Origin: Gammaproteobacteria bacterium
Lineage (GTDB): Bacteria; Pseudomonadota; Gammaproteobacteria; Pseudomonadales; Pseudomonadaceae
Assembly (NCBI GenBank): GCA_018826895.1
Contig: JAHJYA010000108.1
Location: 1,713-65,712, forward strand
Direction: 5' to 3'
DNA: 64,000 bases
A program made the position numbers and the translations under genes. Positions 61,365 to 64,000 of the stretch are shown here, one piece after another; the stretch's first letter is position 1, and the number at the start of each line of letters is the position of its first letter. The notes under the pieces were generated by a model. That model had not been told where the DNA came from. It was given only the letters and a program-made list of their open reading frames with translations, and searched no databases.

Positions 61365-61444
61365 TTTCTGTATTGAACGACACAGAAATACTAAGAAAGC
61401 TTATCAGGGCCTGTCAATTAATTTTGTATCGATCAGCACAAAAT
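61365..61444. promoter_or_regulatory. Two TetR-type operators flanking the SDR promoter
   Basis: TTTCTGT-N10-ACAGAAA (61365-61388) and ATTTTGT-N10-ACAAAAT (61421-61444); minus strand TTGACA-18-TAGTAT (61417 to 61388). Confidence 0.75.
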
Positions 61445-61494
61445 AAAATTTCCGTCCGTTGTTTGCTCCTGCGGATGGTCTTACAATGCCGCCC

Positions 61495-62133
61495 ATGGAC
61501 ACACCAGACGACACTACGAAAACTCGCGTCCGTGGACGGCCTCGCGCGTTCGATCGCGATGCGGCACTGTTCCAGGCCATGCGAACGTTCTGGCTCAAGG
61601 GCTACGGAGCAACGTCGATCACCGACCTCACCGATGCCATGGGGATCGGTTCACCCAGCCTATACGCGGCATTCGGCTCTAAAGAGGCGCTGTATGCCGA
61701 AGCGTTGCGCCATTACGGTGAACGCTACGAAAACCTGGTCTGGGGTAAGTTTTTCGCTGCCAGTACAGCCCGCGAAGCGGTTCTCTCCTGGCTATTGAAC
61801 TCCGCGGCAATCCTGAGTGGTTCGGTGGCAGATAACCCACTCGGCTGTATGGTAACGCTCTCGTCGGTCGCCACCGAAGGCCACAAGGAGCTCGGCGCGC
61901 TGGTGCAGTCCGCCCGTGCGCTACCATTCGAGCGGTTGAAAACGCGCATAAGCCAAGCCATCAGCGACGGTGAAATACCAGCGTCCAGCGATGCCCACGC
62001 ACTCGCCCGCTACATCCAGACGGTGCAGAACGGCATGTCGATCCAGGCCCGCGACGGGGTAAGCGGTGCCGAACTGGAGGCTGTGGCCCACCTCGCCATG
62101 CTTGGGTGGGACGCCCGTACCGCTAGCGAATGA
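61495..62133 (+). CDS. TetR/AcrR family regulator (BdcR/ComR-like)
   Basis: RGRPRAFD, GYGATS, PSLYAAFGSKE, GCM; divergent from the SDR pair; start uncertain (61486 or 61495). Confidence 0.92.
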   Translation: MDTPDDTTKTRVRGRPRAFDRDAALFQAMRTFWLKGYGATSITDLTDAMGIGSPSLYAAFGSKEALYAEALRHYGERYENLVWGKFFAASTAREAVLSWLLNSAAILSGSVADNPLGCMVTLSSVATEGHKELGALVQSARALPFERLKTRISQAISDGEIPASSDAHALARYIQTVQNGMSIQARDGVSGAELEAVAHLAMLGWDARTASE

Positions 62134-62248
62134 AAGACGATGTCTGCCTGTGCTAACGAATGCCGAGAACCGCCAGGCATTAACGTCCTGCTTCGTACAT
62201 CAGTACGGATAGAAGGATTCAGGCGCTGTGCAGCGCCTGCTTGCAGCC

Positions 62249-62605
62249 TCAGGCCGAGGTCGAGAGCGGGTAGAAGCTGAAGTAGCGATGCAACGCCTCG
62301 ACCATATCCACGTAATCCTGCGGCGCACTGAGCAACGCGAAGCCGGAGTCGTAGGTGCCAGGCGTGACGTCCTCGCGGCTCCACTGACAAGTCGCGCTGA
62401 AGTCGATGTAATGCGGCGCCTCTTTCCCGGGAATCTTCAGGCGCATATCGAAGCGCGCACCCACCAGCAGCGGCAACGAGCTGATCAACATCAAGCCGTC
62501 ACGCGACACATTGCCGAGCGAGCCCATGGGCTTGTCAGTAATTCGGTTGAAGACCTTGAGGAAATACGGCAATTGATGCCGTTCGATATGACGCTGGGCT
62601 GGCAT
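62249..62605 (-). CDS. PilZ domain protein
   Basis: QRHIERH (RxxxR) and NVSRDG (D/NxSxxG) motifs. Confidence 0.88.
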   Translation of the reverse strand: MPAQRHIERHQLPYFLKVFNRITDKPMGSLGNVSRDGLMLISSLPLLVGARFDMRLKIPGKEAPHYIDFSATCQWSREDVTPGTYDSGFALLSAPQDYVDMVEALHRYFSFYPLSTSA

Positions 62606-62664
62606 GATGGCAAATCGCTAGACAGGTGCCGAGAGTATGGCCCGCAGGACGCCAACCGGCCAGC

Positions 62665-63087
62665 TCAGGAGCAGTGTAGAGCCAGCTGATTGCGCAATTC
62701 GCGACGAGCGGCGTCGAGTTCGGCGTCACTGTAATAGCTGCGCTGACCATCGGCTTCTGGCTTGAAATAGCGACGCCCCTCAGGAATCTGCGCTAGACGA
62801 CTGCGCCACTCACTGCACTCGCGGGCCTTGCTCGCCTTGCGTTCGGAGGCTTGGGCCGCAGCCCTGGATTGCTCCTCGCGGCGCGCATCGTAGAAACGCT
62901 GGGTACGGACCTCACGTTCGCGGGTAGCGGCATCGCGCTCGACCACCTGCGGTTCAACCGTCACGGCCTCGGCCGCCGCACTGCCTGGACGCTGGCCAAA
63001 ATGTACCTGGCCGTTGGCGTCCACCCAACGATAAATCTCCGCGCTCGCCAACGCGGGCAGCAACAACACACACCACAGTAACCGCAT
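62665..63087 (-). CDS. DUF4124 domain secreted protein
   Basis: Signal peptide followed by AEIYRWVDANGQVHFGQRP; GGAG RBS before ATG 63087. Confidence 0.85.
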   Translation of the reverse strand: MRLLWCVLLLPALASAEIYRWVDANGQVHFGQRPGSAAAEAVTVEPQVVERDAATREREVRTQRFYDARREEQSRAAAQASERKASKARECSEWRSRLAQIPEGRRYFKPEADGQRSYYSDAELDAARRELRNQLALHCS

Positions 63088-63146
63088 ACCCCGTTCTCCC
63101 TGGCCTGGCGTCCCAGTGTAGCCGCACGGGCTGGAGAAGCTAAACC

Positions 63147-63521
63147 CTAGGGCTTTGCCGGGCTTGGCCGCGCAGGCTCGACGCTGCTGTAATGCCCCAA
63201 CTGCTGCAAGGTATCCAGCCGCGCGTGGGCACGGTAGGCGTACTCGCTGCCAGGAAAGCGAGTAACGATAAACCGATAGGTCTGCGCCGCATCGACGTAC
63301 AGGTTCTGACGCTCCAGGCACTGCCCGCGCAACAGCGAGATTTCCGGTTGCAGGTAGCTGCGCGAGCGACTCTTGCGCTCGGCCTGGGACAACTCCAGCA
63401 TGACCTGCTCGCACTCACCTTCGTTATAAGCCCGGTAGGCATTATTCAGGTGATGATCGAGCGACATCCGGGTACAGCCTGCGGTACTCAGTACCGCGAT
63501 CACAAACAGCACAGTGCGCAT
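63147..63521 (-). CDS. TPR-like lipoprotein
   Basis: Lipobox TAGC, helical repeats, FPGSEYA; GGAGGAG RBS before ATG 63521. Confidence 0.82.
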   Translation of the reverse strand: MRTVLFVIAVLSTAGCTRMSLDHHLNNAYRAYNEGECEQVMLELSQAERKSRSRSYLQPEISLLRGQCLERQNLYVDAAQTYRFIVTRFPGSEYAYRAHARLDTLQQLGHYSSVEPARPSPAKP

Positions 63522-63645
63522 AACGTCTCTCCTCCACTGGGCAGTGTATCGACTGGCGCGCGAAAAACTGCAGCCCCTATCAGGCCGACGGGTAATATTC
63601 GTCCACAGGCTATGCGCACCATTCAACGTGCCCAAAGCAGGCGCA

Positions 63646-63673
63646 AGGTAGTGCAGACGAACAATGACTACAG
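63646..63673. promoter_or_regulatory. Candidate RccR/HexR-family operator upstream of pyk
   Basis: AGGTAGTG-N12-GACTACAG pseudo-palindrome. Confidence 0.45.
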
Positions 63674-63722
63674 CGCGGTAGCGTAGTAGCCTCGCTACGA
63701 GCTTCAACTCAGGAGTCTGCGC

Positions 63723-64000
63723 ATGACCTTTCGCCGCACCAAAATCGTCGCCACCCTTGGCCCGTCCAGCAACTCGCCCGAAGTACTCGAACAACTGATC
63801 CTCGCCGGCCTCGATGTGGCCCGCCTGAACTTCTCTCACGGCTCGCCCGACGAGCACAAGGCGCGCGCCAAGCTGGTTCGTGACCTGGCCGCCAAACATG
63901 GCCGGCACGTTGCCCTGCTCGGCGACCTGCAAGGCCCGAAAATTCGTATCGCCAAGTTCGCTGACAAGCGCATCGAACTCAAGGTGGGTGATCACTTCAG
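63723..64000 (+). CDS. pykA: Pyruvate kinase II, 5' part (runs off the right edge of the window)
   Basis: Read by hand: MTFRRTKIVATLGPSS...ARLNFSHG...DLQGPKIR; AGGAG RBS. Confidence 0.95.
   Translation, partial: MTFRRTKIVATLGPSSNSPEVLEQLILAGLDVARLNFSHGSPDEHKARAKLVRDLAAKHGRHVALLGDLQGPKIRIAKFADKRIELKVGDHF

Noticed and set aside
61368-61385. CTGT...ACAG as a possible LexA box
   Set aside because: Spacer is 10 nt rather than 8; better explained as a TetR operator. I also saw no SOS box upstream of the SRAP unit
62135-62245. Short hairpin and attC-like look at the right edge of the TetR cassette
   Set aside because: No paired attC core sites, no integron integrase, and no direct repeat matching the left edge that I could find
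63513-63540. XerC-arm-like AGTGCGCATAA as a possible dif site
   Set aside because: No XerD arm (TTATGTTAAAT); it is the start codon region of the lipoprotein gene
63522-63995. N-terminal extension of the 282-aa ORF; likewise extensions at 5355-5891 and 10232-11473
   Set aside because: They overlap real genes on the opposite strand; downstream ATG starts give normal-length proteins
1-64000. CRISPR arrays, rRNA/tRNA genes, toxin-antitoxin or anti-phage systems, retrons
   Set aside because: No repeat-spacer periodicity, cloverleaf or relevant protein motifs seen by eye; a covariance-model scan would be needed to exclude small RNAs

Overview
High-GC Pseudomonas-type chromosomal segment (genus inferred from protein sequences and gene order), mostly core genome: hom, dsbC-xerD, rpsP-rimM-trmD-rplS, ffh, purT, slyD, ackA-pta, a ColRS-type envelope locus, a fatty-acid CoA ligase/thiolase/DUF1302-DUF1329/MalT-LuxR cluster, rsmC, a yybP-ykoY Mn riboswitch with its UPF0016 exporter, a dCache chemoreceptor, mqo and the start of pykA. 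I see no rRNA, tRNA, CRISPR array, prophage, transposase or defence system, and no unmistakably new multi-gene system. The signals most worth following up are: (1) the DUF1302 outer-membrane gene, whose interior is about 50% GC between host-like ends and which sits under a predicted sigma54/PsrA/Crc promoter; (2) a TetR-controlled pair of BdcA-like SDR paralogs, one with a twin-arginine signal peptide; (3) a 264-bp MITE and a remnant of the same family, both joined to the TA of a predicted -10 hexamer, plus a 30-bp palindromic mini-repeat found twice; (4) a CfcR-like REC-PAS-GGDEF-EAL gene next to a CHASE-PAS-PAS triple-receiver kinase; (5) a ~390-nt mqo leader opening with a perfect palindrome that carries TATAAT on both strands. 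All family assignments come from motifs and remembered homologs; no database search was run.
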